Shown: piece by piece, positions 12,700-25,000 of the stretch
How positions within the stretch are numbered: the first letter of the stretch is position 1
Layout: the number at the start of each line of letters is the position of its first letter
From: Vicugna vicugna
Taxonomy: Eukaryota
NCBI GenBank assembly: GCA_013265495.1
Contig: MU061560.1
Coordinates: 124,001-188,000, forward strand
Length of the DNA: 64,000 bases
Reading direction: 5' to 3'
Notes under the pieces: generated by a model
What the model saw: the letters and a program-made list of their open reading frames with translations, nothing else
Told to the model about the DNA's origin: nothing
Database searches by the model: none
Program-made: the position numbers and the translations under genes

Positions 12700-13780
12700 T
12701 CCCATTAGTCATGATTCCTCATGGTTTCCTGATTAAGGGAAAGCAGAACTCTCTTGGGTGTGTTTTCTAGACCGTAGTTACGGCTCTGAATTTAACTGCC
12801 TGCTGGATCTGTCATGCTTTACCTAAACTTGCTGACAAGAAGGGAGATTCTGTCCTATGCCTCTTCTGGTACCTGAAGTCTTGAATCAGTCCTCAACCTT
12901 CAGTTTTGTAAAATCTGAATCTGAACCCCATGACAGTTAAAAATGCCGCTGTTGAGGTTCTTGGAATCTTGTCAGCAGAACCCGGGGCTACCAGAGTAAG
13001 CAATGTAGTGTGCCTATAACGACGGGGGTGATTAGCAGGGAGCAACAGGTTTTATCAGGCTTTCTCAGCAGCATTGCCGCCTGCTTTAGGGGAACCGTGC
13101 AGTTCTATTCAAGGAGTCTCTCTACCTCAAGAGGCATAGAATTGGCTCAGTCCTATTGTGGTAAGTGGTACTTCTCTCCTGATGCAGTTTGTGCCTCCAG
13201 AACGCTGCAGCTCACGTAGCTGATACCTGCCTAGCAAACGTTAATCCCGTGCGCTTGGAGGTAGTTGGCAGGGATTTCGAGGTGCTGGAGACCACTGCCC
13301 CTCTAAAGGGTCGGGCTTCCCTGAGGCGCTGAAATGAGTTCCTAGACAGAACACCAAAGTAGGGTAACTGCCTGCTTCCTGTGTGCTCTGTGGTCTCTCA
13401 TTCCAACTTAGGGAATAATACGAGGAAAGGTGGTCTGAAATTTGTCTGACCTCTGCTGTGAAGACACAGCAAACTAGGTGTAAACTTTCGAGCCCCAACG
13501 ATGGTCCCGTTGCCGCTCTGAACTTCCTGCTGCCCAGTCATGATGGGTGTATATGTGGTTGCCAGCACCCTGAGGCGTACCTGGATTAACCAGTCAGAAG
13601 GGGTAGAGCAATTTATTCCCACTTCCCCGCTCTCCCAGGGAGAAAGCCACGTGGCTCTGAGAGCTGTGAACCTTGATGGCATGTGGGACATAATGGAGTC
13701 TGGCCTGGTCATCCTGCCAGGAGTCACTGTCTGGTCACTGTTACCCAGTGCTACCTAAGAGGAAGTGTAATCATTAGGGT
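12700..13780 (+). pseudogene. Degenerate endogenous retrovirus env (gamma/ERV1-type) remnant
   Basis: QNSL..ALNLTACWICHALP (CxxC at 12801-12812); LWSLIPT*GII..VV*NLS (13388-13447); ISD-like ALNFLLPSHDG, frameshift, GVYVVASTLRRTWINQSEGVEQ (13515-13611); then EKATWL. Stops and frameshifts throughout. Confidence 0.75.
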
Positions 13781-14543
13781 ATCTGACTGCGGTGGCCTGT
13801 GCTTCTGAGTCAGCTTTGGAGCTGGATACATGAAAGACTGGGGGGCAGAGATGTGGGTGAACAGCTTCTCCGTGGGACTCTGATGAGCTTTCTCTTCTTA
13901 CAGGGCCTTCATCTCACTCTGACCCACACCTTGGCAGGGCGCCCCTACGAAGGTTGGTAAGCAGCCTCCTGAGAAACGCCGAGGCGGCTTCTCCTCCGCC
14001 TCCCCGGTTGCAGGTGCGCACGGACTTGCCAGCCTCCCCCCCCCTTGGGGCGTGGCTGCAGGCTGTGAAGGGACCGCAGCTGAGGTTCTCAGCTGCTTAG
14101 GACTGCTGGGCTGCGCTCACTGTTGTGACCCTTGAATGTGATCATGTGTTTCAAGCATTCAGCACAGTTCTGGACATAAAGTCAGTTCTCAAATGTTAGC
14201 TGTTACTATAAAATTTAGGATAATCTATTCTTGAAAACCTAAATTAAGGGCTGATAAGCCAAATTTCTCCTATGACTTAAGGCCACAAAAAGCCAGAGCT
14301 GGCACAGATTGAGTAAATCTCGCTACTTCTGGGATTCCTCAGAAGTGGGTTTTAGACTTAAGTGTTGGTATCTGTGGTTTTGTGGATCCACTGCAAGTCA
14401 GTTTTTCAGTGAAAAATACTGGCTTTCCTCAATTTGACTACATCAGTGGACTCTCCAGATAAACACATTAGAAGTGGAACTGAAACCATAATGGAAAGTT
14501 CCGATTTAAAATACCAGAATGGATATATGTGTTTTTTTTCCAG

Positions 14544-14677
14544 ATATGTGGCGAGTTACATACTTTTTTAAAGAAGGTCCTATACTCTTGAGGTACTGAA
14601 GTGCTTATAGGTGACATCGTGCTGTTGATGGTTGACACCGATGTGAAGGGAGAGGTGGAGACGTCTTCCCAGCTACA
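14544..14677 (+). other. Alternative candidate 5'UTR exon; 3' end uncertain
   Basis: Strong acceptor GTTTTTTTTCCAG| at 14543, but only weak downstream donors (e.g. CAG|GTTTAA). Confidence 0.25.
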
Positions 14678-16119
14678 GGTTTAAATAGGGACTTCTCTTT
14701 AACTTGGTGTTTAACGATTACAGATAATGTTTGTTCATTGGACCAACCTTTATCAAAGGCTGCTAGACAGTTGTCTGGATGTGCATCTTCTGGGTGCCCT
14801 GAGACAGTCTTTTTTATGCTTGTCATCTTGGCTTTTAATAGAATCATCTTACACTACAATAATGTTTCAGTTTCTTTGATAAATTAATGGTCACTCTTGT
14901 ATATAAAATAATTCTTGATGTGGCTCAAGTTTTTTCTTTCGTGTTCTGTTTCTATTTCATTGAACCTAAAGCAAGCCTGGGCAAACCAATACATAATAAG
15001 TCCATTTTCATAGTTTCTGTTGCTGGTTGTGTGTGCTTGTGCATTTGTGTGTAAGATAATGACTATGATTATTCCTCAAAGGTATGATTTTTTAGGTCAT
15101 TTTTTCTTTGTAATTTTCTGTAATAAGGCTGGCTTACAAATAAAGGAAGCTGCTGGGTTGATGATTTTTCAGTTAAGCCACGTTCTCTGCATTGTATGGA
15201 TACAGAATATTTTAAAGTGAAAAAAAATCACACATCTTTTTCTTAACGCTGGTGAGGTCTTCATGAAAATTTTATGTGAAAATCCACATAGATTGTTAAA
15301 TTTGTAGTCTACTGCAGCCACTCACTTCCCTTTTTTTCCCCGCATCAGAAATTCGTCTTGATTTTGCTGGTCAAAACTTGACATTCACAGCTTCCTCTGC
15401 CATGGATTTCAGTGACTTGCTGTCTTTCCACTTTTCTCACAGGAAGTAATAGTAATATTAAGATTTAAATCATGAAACTGTCAAACCTAAAAACTGACTT
15501 TGTTTTCAGGATGTAGGGTTTTGTTTTTTTTTTTAATTAAAAATTTTAAAAGACTTCTGTGATGACACACAACAAGCCTCCATGGATGCTGTCTGTGGAA
15601 CAGGAGGGTGTGAATGGCGACTCTGAATCCCCCAGGTGGGCCATAGCACTTTATGAGAGTTGACACATCAGGGGTGCTTGTCTCGTGGCGAGGGCCACCA
15701 CCGCTTCTCGGCATCAACATACTAGTATTGCCTGTTCCCCAAACCATAACAGCCAGGTGGGTGGGTTAGCAGAGCTAACCTCTGTGCCAGCTGCGTCAGG
15801 ATCATCACTTAGGGTTTGCCGATTTACCTGTAGCTGTTCATGGCAGGGAGGTTCCTTGGAGAACTCCCCACGGCAGAATACACGCATCCGGTGCTTTTTG
15901 GTTTGCTGCCACCTGTGCCCGTCTCTGGGCTGCTTGCTGACCCTTTCGCCACTTGACGAGAGTACATGGACTCTTGGATCCAATCCAGAGGAACTGCTAG
16001 AGAGGAGAGAGCCTTAAAAACAAGGAAACCAGTGGACAGTTATGCACTAACCTGCAGCCTGAGCTCCTGTGGTTTTGTTTTCCTTTTTACCTCCACTGGA
16101 AATGAATGTGGGTGTGTAT

Positions 16120-16690
16120 AATGTCTTTAAAACTCCTATTTCCTTGTTGATTTTTTTTTCCTGCCAATTCTGTTCATTATTGAAAGTGGAGAATTGAAGT
16201 CTTTGACTCTTGGTGAATTGCCTATTTCACTTGCCTGTTTTGCTTCTTGTATTTTAATGCTCTGTTAAGTGCATATATGTTTATAATTGTTATATCTTGG
16301 TGGGCCAACCCTTTTGTGGTTATAAAATGTACAGTCACTCTGCCTTTCTTGTGGCTGCTATTTGCATAGTATCTTTTTCTGTCCTTTTATTTTCAGTATG
16401 TTTTTATCTTTGATCGAAGGTGTGCCTATTGGAGACAGCATATAGTTAGCTAACCTTTTTAAAATACCACCCGACATTCCATCATTTGGATTGTTTAACA
16501 GACTCACTTTTCATGTTGCTGATATAGAGAGACATGTGCTATTTGTATTATTTATCTTCTGTCTCGTGTCTTTTTGTTCCTCACTCTTTTGCATTAAATG
16601 AATATTTTCTAATGTGACATTTTTGCTTTTAATATTTTTTCACTATATTTTAAGTCATTTTATGGAAGCACAAGTTACTTTTAAAAATTA
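16120..16690 (-). mobile_element. Old L1 fragment
   Basis: T-rich antisense L1 signature (TTGAAGTC..; GCATATATGTTTATAATTGTTATATCTT; ACAGCATATAGTT). Confidence 0.65.
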
Positions 16691-17277
16691 TTTTTATTTC
16701 TACCTTTAAAGGTGTTCAGCATTTAAAATAGGATTTGTTGTATTTGTGATTTTTAACCAAGTTAAAAGATTCTCACTGGTGTGGAGGGTGGAGAGCTAAA
16801 GACTGGGGCCCAGGGAGGTTGTGTTGTGTTTCTCTGAGTGCCAGCAGTCCTGGAGGACGTGCATTGGTGTGCCTGCGTACATGTAATTGACTTAGCCCCG
16901 TGGAGACAGGTTGATCCTTAGGAGTAAAGGGAAGGGAAGTAGGATTTTAAACATAGAGATTTGATAGGAGGGGTGTCAGCTTTGGCGCTGCAAATGAAGG
17001 TTACATCTACAAGACTATTTATAGATTCGGTGATCGTAGGATGACAGTGTCTTTCTTTCCTCTCTGAGATATAAGCAGCTGAGTAGGGGGACGATGTGTG
17101 TGGGTTAGAGTGGCTGGGGACCAGGGAAGAGAGACGAGGTCTCAGAGAATAGAAGAATAAAATTAATATAAATATAATTTTCAATAAAATGAGGTAGAAT
17201 TGTTGGGTACTTGAGTTTGATATATGTGTTAATAAATTAAACTCAGTTCATTGGCTTGTGTGATTTTATTCCCCCAG

Positions 17278-17343
17278 AAGACGTTCATCACTCCTGTGCA
17301 GAGAAGGAAATTCTGAAATTCAGCCACAGTTGGAGTTTGTCAG
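17278..17343 (+). other. RESF1: Candidate additional 5'UTR exon of RESF1
   Basis: Pyrimidine-rich acceptor TTTTATTCCCCCAG| and consensus donor CAG|GTAAGT at 17344; 66 nt. Splice-site evidence only. Confidence 0.4.
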
Positions 17344-18009
17344 GTAAGTGTCATGACTGTTGCAGGTGAGGGGTGATAAGAGGGTAGGGTGGAGGTCCTT
17401 CATTCAAGGTCAGTCATTTATTTTGTTCCAGTCACTGTCCAGTTGTTGAAAGTCAGAAATGAGTGAAATGGATCCCTGCCGTTGGGGAACCTGCATCCCA
17501 GTGGGAAGGTGCTCCATAGGCAAGTGAGCACACAGTGTCCTTTCCCAGGCTGACAAGATGGGTTAGATTCAAGTATCTAATGTCCCTTCTACCAGGATTC
17601 CACCAAAATTTCAGAAAAGGTGTTTCAAAAAGAAAAAAAAAAAAGAAAAAGGACATGTAATAGAACAGAAACAAAAAATATAGAGAAGATAAGAGATACT
17701 GGAAGCTGGAATTTGGGGGCAAGGGAGTTTATTTTTCCAAGAAAAGCTTAAATGATAGACTATGGAAACCCTGCCTGCGGTAATCTCCATTACAGTATTT
17801 CTTCAGAAAAATCTGAGAATATACTGTATACAAAAGTAGAGACTCTGTAGTCAGGAAAAGCTTCAGAAAACTTCTAACTCCCTCCATTTAATTTAGATAA
17901 TTCAAGGTTGGTTTTCTAGGCTTCAGTTCTCTTCTGTGCCAGCACAGGAGAGGGAGAGGGGAAAAAAACCCTCAAATTATTCCTAAAAAGCATATCTCCT
18001 TCCTACCCA

Positions 18010-18346
18010 TGGGCTCTGTGTGAGTCTGCCAGGCCTGCCCTAGGGAAATAACCACAGCAATTTCTTCCATTTCTAGAGTCTGGAAGTCTTAGATCAAGGT
18101 GTTTGGTTTCTCCCGAGGTCTATCCTTGCCAACAGCTACCTTCTCCATGTCAGCTCACATGGCCTTTCCTGTGTGCACACTGGTGTCTTACAGGGATACT
18201 AATGCTGTTGGATCAAGGCCCCACCCTGATGACCTCATTTAACCTTAATTGCCTCCTTAAAGGCCCTCTATCCAAATATAGTCACACTGGAGGTTAGGGC
18301 TTCAGTGTGAATTTTGCAGGGGACAGAGACTTCAGTCTGTGTAACA
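18010..18346. mobile_element. MLT1-type (ERVL-MaLR) LTR
   Basis: GGCCCCACCCTGATGACCTCATTTAACCTTAATT..CCTCCTTAAAGGCCCT..CCAAATATAGTCACACTG..GGTTAGGGCTTCA. Confidence 0.75.
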
Positions 18347-19469
18347 GCTACTCATGCCCAAACTCACGTAAGAATTAGGGGGAATTACTGGAAATTCATC
18401 ATTAACTCTTGTAGTACTGCTGTTCACTTTGTGTTATGCTTCTGTCTGATCAGTTGTCTTATTAAGGAGCTTTCCTGGGAGAAGGGACGTAAGGAATATA
18501 CAGATCTTTTCCTTGGGACCTGGTTTTTAACTGAAATGGGCGTGCTGTCAGGCTGGACCAGCCACGGGTGATCTGGCTCCCTGACAGATGAAAGCTCTCA
18601 GAGAGGGTGGTTTCTTTGCTGCTTTGATAAGATGGCAGGTCAGGACTTAGAGCTCACCAGTGACTTTGACTTTCACGTAAGCAAGAAGAACCGAGCAGAG
18701 AAACAGACAGCAAGGATGCAGAATGAAAGTTAAACCCCTTGAGACCAAACTCCTTGTAATGAACCAAGTCCGTGCATCCATAGTAGGAAAGTCCAGCTGG
18801 TCCAGGAGACCAGCCTCCAGGAGGCACCCGAGCAGGTGTGGATTACTGCTGGGTCGCAAACAATGAGGTGAAGATGGTCCACTTGGGCAGGGGCTGGTGG
18901 CCGATGCCTTGGCAACTGGATCCTCAAAGAGATGGAGTTACAGCAAGACTTGTCTCAAACTGACAGTCCAGCTCACCTATGTTTATAGCCCGTGGAACAC
19001 ATTATCTCCAAGACCAGATGTTCGGTTTGGGAGGGGGAGAGTTTCCAATGCCAACTGTGTCACCTCAGGTCAGCTTGACAGAAGATCCCCAAAATGTCTG
19101 TATTTGGAGAGAGAGATCTTCAGTGCCAGCTTTCTCCCTTTAGGCGTCATCGCAGGTCAGCTTGGTAGGAGAGCCCCACAGTGTCTGCCTTTGCCTGCCA
19201 GCACGCATGGGTCCATCCTGGCCAAGGTACAGCAGTGGCTAAAAGTGAAACCTGAGTCATGGAGTCAGTTTCCTGTCAAGACGTTGTTTCATGCTTGACA
19301 CCAGACCTCAGAGGCTCCTTCCTATTGTATTATTTATGAGCAAATACGTAAGTAAATGTGTGTATATATGTATATATCTAAAAGCCACAAGGACCGCATC
19401 AAGAAGTCACACACATGGTAACAATCTTAGTTGACTGCACTATGACCCATAACTTAATAGATCTAAAGG

Positions 19470-21480
19470 ATCTACAGATTGTGTATTTTCTGCATAACCT
19501 CTATGAATAGCCAGATTTGTATTTTCCTTCCCAGTTCTTACACTTTCTAGGATCTCCAGTGCAACCATGAATAGAAGGGGATGGTAGTGGCATCTTTGTT
19601 TTATTCTTACTATTAGTCTGAATTTTTGAAGTTACCATTTATCAAAATTAAGGAAATTTTCTACTCTTGGCTTAATACCAAACCAAGAGTAGAAAGTAAA
19701 AGTCCTTTTAGTGAATTTTAATTGAATTTAATCAAAAATTCTTATCTATTGAAATGATCATACAATTAAAGAAATTATAATGTAATTACTTTGAGTAATT
19801 TTCAAATGACAAACCTTTTATTCCTAAGATAAACTCAGTTTTATCATGATGTTATCCTTTCCATTTATCACCCCATTGGGTTTACTCACATATTATTTAG
19901 GACTTTTTTGCATTTGTTTCCAGAAGAGATTGGCTTCTTGAATGTCCTTTACAGTTTTTGGTATGAGAACCTCAGTACATAAACTGAAGTATCCCCTCTT
20001 TTATCCTTAAAGAGGTTATGTTGGGTTATTCCGTAAATGGTAGAACACTCCAGTAAACCCATATGGGCCTGGTGTTTTCCCTGTGAAAAGATATTTAACT
20101 ACTGGTGTAATTTCTTTGAAGAGGTATAGTATTTTTACTATGTTAGCATTGGTTGAGTGTGTTTCTCAAGGAATTTCTCCATTCCACCTAAATTTTAAAT
20201 GTATCCAAATAGTTACTCAAAGTAATGCACATTATCATTTTAGTGTCTGTAGGGTTTAGTGATAGCCTCTTTTCCCAATATTGTGTGTGTGTGTGTGTGT
20301 GTGTTTATGATCAGTGTTGTCAGAGGCTGACTGATTTTCATTCTTCACCAACTTGTGACATGTTGAATCTCTGTATTTTTGTTCATTACTTTGTTTATTT
20401 AACTCCTTCACTTCTTTTCCTTGGATTAACTTGTTATTCTTAACTTGGATAAATGCAGACATTGTTTCCCAGTCATCTTTTTTTTAAATGAGTCTATTTA
20501 ATGCTGTAAATGAGCCTCAAGTCTTATGTGAACATTTGGATAGAAGCCTGTTACGGAGAAAAGCCAGAAGGAAGTGGCACATTTTTAAAGTGCTTTAAGG
20601 AAAAGAATTGTCACCCCCAAATTCTATATGCAGTAAATATCTGTCCTGGCTTGTCCCCGAGTGTCCCCCCCCCCATGCATATGTTGCTGCTCTAACCTCC
20701 AGTGTGACTGTGTTTGGAGGTGGGGCCTTTAGGGAGCTAATTATGGTTAAGCAAAGCCGTGAGGGAAGGGCTTAACCCAGTAGGACAGGTGTTACGATCA
20801 GAGGAAGAGACAGCAGAGATCATTGCATTTTATTTACCTGGCAAATTTCTAGTTATTTTTTTCCTGTGATTTCTATATTAATTCCACTGTGAATTAATCT
20901 GAGTTACTTTAATCCTTCAAAAATGAGGTTTGCTTATGGCCTAGCCATATGGTCAGTGCTGGTAAAAATTCCAGGTCTACTTGGAAAGAATGTGTATTTT
21001 GCATTTGTTGGGTGTACTATTAATATGTGTAGGTCAAATTTGTTTAATTTTGTTATTTTAATCTGTCTTTCTCCTGTCCTATGTTATGGTTATATTATTA
21101 TTGTCCATTTGTAGATAATGTCAATGTACTGCTGGTGAGAGTGTAAATTATTTCAGTCTTTTTGGAAAGCAGTTTGTCACTGCTCATGAAAATAATTGTA
21201 ATGTCCTTTGACACACTGATTTCACTTGCAGGAATTTCCAGAAACATTTAGCACACCTATAAAAGCATAAATACAAGAAAGTGCAGTGTAGGATCATTTT
21301 GAGAACCAAATACCCATCACTAGAGGACTGGTTAAATGGTGATATGACTATAAAGTGGAATGGTATACAGACACTGAGATAGGTGTTTGTGCACTGAAAT
21401 GATAAGATATCCTCAGTGTAGTAAGGAAATAATGCAAACTGTGGGCAGCATGTTTGGTAAGATTCCATTTGTCTTAAAAA
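19470..21480. mobile_element. Old L1 fragments with a (GT)n tract at ~20282-20304 and an MLT fragment at ~20680-20820
   Basis: Antisense L1 motifs (CCCATATGGGCCTGGTGTTTT; GGCCTAGCCATATGGTC..GAAAGAATGTGTATT); sense L1 3'UTR motif at 21130-21470. Confidence 0.6.
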
Positions 21481-22008
21481 ATGAGGTTTTATTTATCTGT
21501 TAGTATTTTTCACACACACAAGTTTTCTGAAGAGGAACAATAGATGCCTCTAGAGAGTTAGACATTGGGGATGGTCAGTAGTAAGAACTTTTTAGTATAT
21601 GTTTGATTTTTTTTTTTAACAGTGAACATGGGTTACTCAGAGTAAAAAAGCTAGTTAAATAAATGAAGCAGTAAGTAATTGCCACTTAAAAGTGCAGCAA
21701 ACAAAATACTACCTGTAATGTGAGAATGAATTCCTTAAACACCCCAGAAATTGTATTGACATTTGCCATATTTATTGCATCTTTCTTTGCTGTTCTTACC
21801 CAAATTAAAGATGAGGCTTTGTCTACTCTGAGGCTTCAGGAATTTTGATAGCCAGCCATATTCAGCATTGGTGATAAGGTGAACTAATTCTCTTTGAAAT
21901 TCTATCCAGGCAAAAGAGCTTTTTAATAAAAGATTATTTTATTTCCTGCAGATTTCTGACGTTCAAAACAACTGGCTTTTAAAACACTGATACTGCATCA
22001 AATCTACG

Positions 22009-25000
22009 ATGAACTGGAATGCAAAACCAGAGAGTGTCGCCTTACCACCACAGTATCCTAAAAACCAGGCATCTTTTTTGGAGCAGGCTTTAGTTAACAC
22101 ACTTAGCATGACGTCTCAAAGTTCTTTAAACCATCCTGGAAGTAACCAAGAAGGATGCCCATTTCTCAGTAATTCAAATCCAGTTCCACAGCCACTGCTC
22201 AACATCAGAAATTATAAATCTCAACAAATGCCTATTTCTGATACGCATGGTGGGACAATTGTGACCTCACAGACGTCCGTGGAGAGAATAACATATGCCA
22301 ATGTTAAAGGACCCAAACAACTAAATCATGATTTGCAAATGCCTTCAGGAGTTACACAGGATGTGTGGTTGAACTCACCGATGAGGAATTCTATGCTTTC
22401 TCATACAGGGACAACTGTATCTCATCAAACTGGTTTTGGAACGAACATGCCCAATGTACATGCACTACAGAATCAATTTGTAACATCAGATACCTATTCT
22501 ATGCAAATACATATGATCCCTCCTAATTCTGGAAGAGTTCCTGTAACTTACCAAGGAAACCCAAGACTTAACCCACCTTTACCAGAGCAGCAGGTTGACT
22601 GGTCACAGCAGTGTGCATCCAGTGGACTGCCTTACCCAGATTACAGGCCACTTCCAAAGCAATACAGCTATTCACCACGAAGCTTTTTGCAAGATCCTCC
22701 TTTTCAGGAACAAAACCCTATGTCATCTGTATCACTACAAGTTAAAAAAAGTCACCCTCCAAATCCTGCACTGACTTTACAGTCAAAGCAGACTGCAACC
22801 GTACCGTCCTACCAATACGCAGTTACTCAAACTGACAAAAGGCCACCCCCCCCTCCTTATGACTGTCGGTATACAAGCCATCCTCTGCAGAGGACTCAGC
22901 ACATTGTTAAACACCCTTCTGTGGAAGTTCCTCAGAGTCAAGACGTGCACTTACCTCAAATGAGGAAAGAATTTTATAGAGGTGTTCAACAGCAATGGCA
23001 AAACGTTAACGAAAGTTTCAGCATGATGGGAAATTCCTGTAACTTGAGAGTAAATAGCAATGTCAGTCAGCCTTTTGATGAACCTATTAGATCGTCTGTG
23101 GATGGTGTTCAGGCTCTTGCTCAAAATAATCAAGAGAAAAGAGTGGATTCCCGAAATCTAACTTCAAATCAAGTACTTGACACAAGTGCCACAAAAGAAA
23201 AGTTAGTGAGGGATATTAAAACATTGGTAGAAATAAAAAAGAAGTTTTCAGACCTTGCAAGGAAAATTAAAATTAACAAAAATCTTTTGATGGCAGCAGG
23301 CTGTATTAAAACAACGAATACCTCTTACGGTGAATCGGCTCAAAATTCTGAGCTGTCTCTGAAACAAACTGTCAAAATCCAGCCTGGGACACAGGTAACC
23401 CTGGTCACTCCAGAGACTGCAGAGAATAAACCAGCAACAGTAATGGGATCTGCAGGAGAAACAAATAGAATACACAGTACATTGAATTCCAACCTTCAGG
23501 ACAGAAATTTTAACCAAGTCAGTGCTGTTTTACTAAATTCTGCCTGTTCGGAAAAGTTGCCAATACCAGAAGGGTTACATGATTTGAAAGTTGTGAGTTC
23601 TTTAAAGACATCAGCTGTTGAAATTACCCAGGCAACACTAAATAACACCCAGTTTTCATCAGGAAATTTTGTCAACGTTGCACAAAATGGGCCAACAAAT
23701 TCTGAAACAGCTTCTCTTCCTCAGTCTACGTCTTTTGAGGAATATGCTTCAAAATATCCAAATAAAAATAGGCTAATTCTCAGTTTACTTGCACCTGGAG
23801 ATAAAACTCTGAAGACATTATTAAAAGATACTAATGAAACTATTCAAGATTCAAAGCTGCATAGTTTTGAAATAAATCCAAATGCCCCAAACACTGGTAA
23901 CCAACTGAATTTGAAAACCATGGAAACTCCAAGTACATATAATATAAATGCCAAGATTTCAGACAGTTCTTGCATTGAGCTTAAATCCTTAAATGAACTG
24001 TCTTCTAAAAGTGACCATCACTTTTCCACGGAATTGCTAGCAACATGTCTTTCTTTGTGGAAAAAGCAACCTTCAGAACTTACAGAAGGAAAACCATGTA
24101 ATGAGTCAAAAGCGAACAGAACTGCAGTTGGAATTTCAAAGCCTGTGGAAACCTGCGAGAAGAGTCCATTTCCAGCTGTTGGAAATTGTCAGAATAAGAT
24201 TGTAAACAGCTCACAAGAAACAATTCTGTCGATGGTGGCACAGAATTATGAGTCTTCAGGTGCAGCGACTACGAAGGGAATTGCTGTAGTGTCACCCTTA
24301 ATTCTTTCAGATGTCAAAACACTGCCTGTCAGAGGTGCAACACCTGAAGCCTTACCTGAAGCAGTGTATCCAGTTATTGAAGAAGGCAGTGTCTGTAGCT
24401 TACAGAATAAGTTGGTAGAAGATACTGCTTCGAAGTTTACTGTTAATGAGCCAGTAACAAGTACTACAAGCATCACGGTTTTCCCACTGATGCAGAAGGA
24501 AAAGCATGAGCCAATGAATGCTAATTCAGAAGGCACGGCTCATGCCAGTCAAGGGAAGCAGCACAGATCAGAGCCAGATACCCAGTATCCTGTGAGGGGC
24601 CAGCAAGCTTCGTGTGTATCAAAGGACAGCGACGCTGTGAGCAGCGATGTATTACAGATTGGCGATATTTGTTCTCTTCTTGAAGGTGATACCTCTTACA
24701 ATTCCCAAATAGCAAAGATATTCAGTTTGTCCCCTTTAAACAAAGCTGAGCCACAGAAGCCCTCTCTGCCCAACCCCCAAGGGATGAATAGTAGCCAACA
24801 AAATGAACAGTTGGATAACATCACTGAAAATAAAGACTTTGGTTTTCAGGATATTGTGCCGTGCACGGATGTGTCACATAAGATAACTGACCAGTCACAG
24901 TCACTGCAACCTTCAGAATCGTCATCTTTGAAGTACGTTGAAGCAAAGAGTGGCATTCTGGAGGAAAGCAGTTTGGAGCATGTTGCTAAAAATGAAGGCA

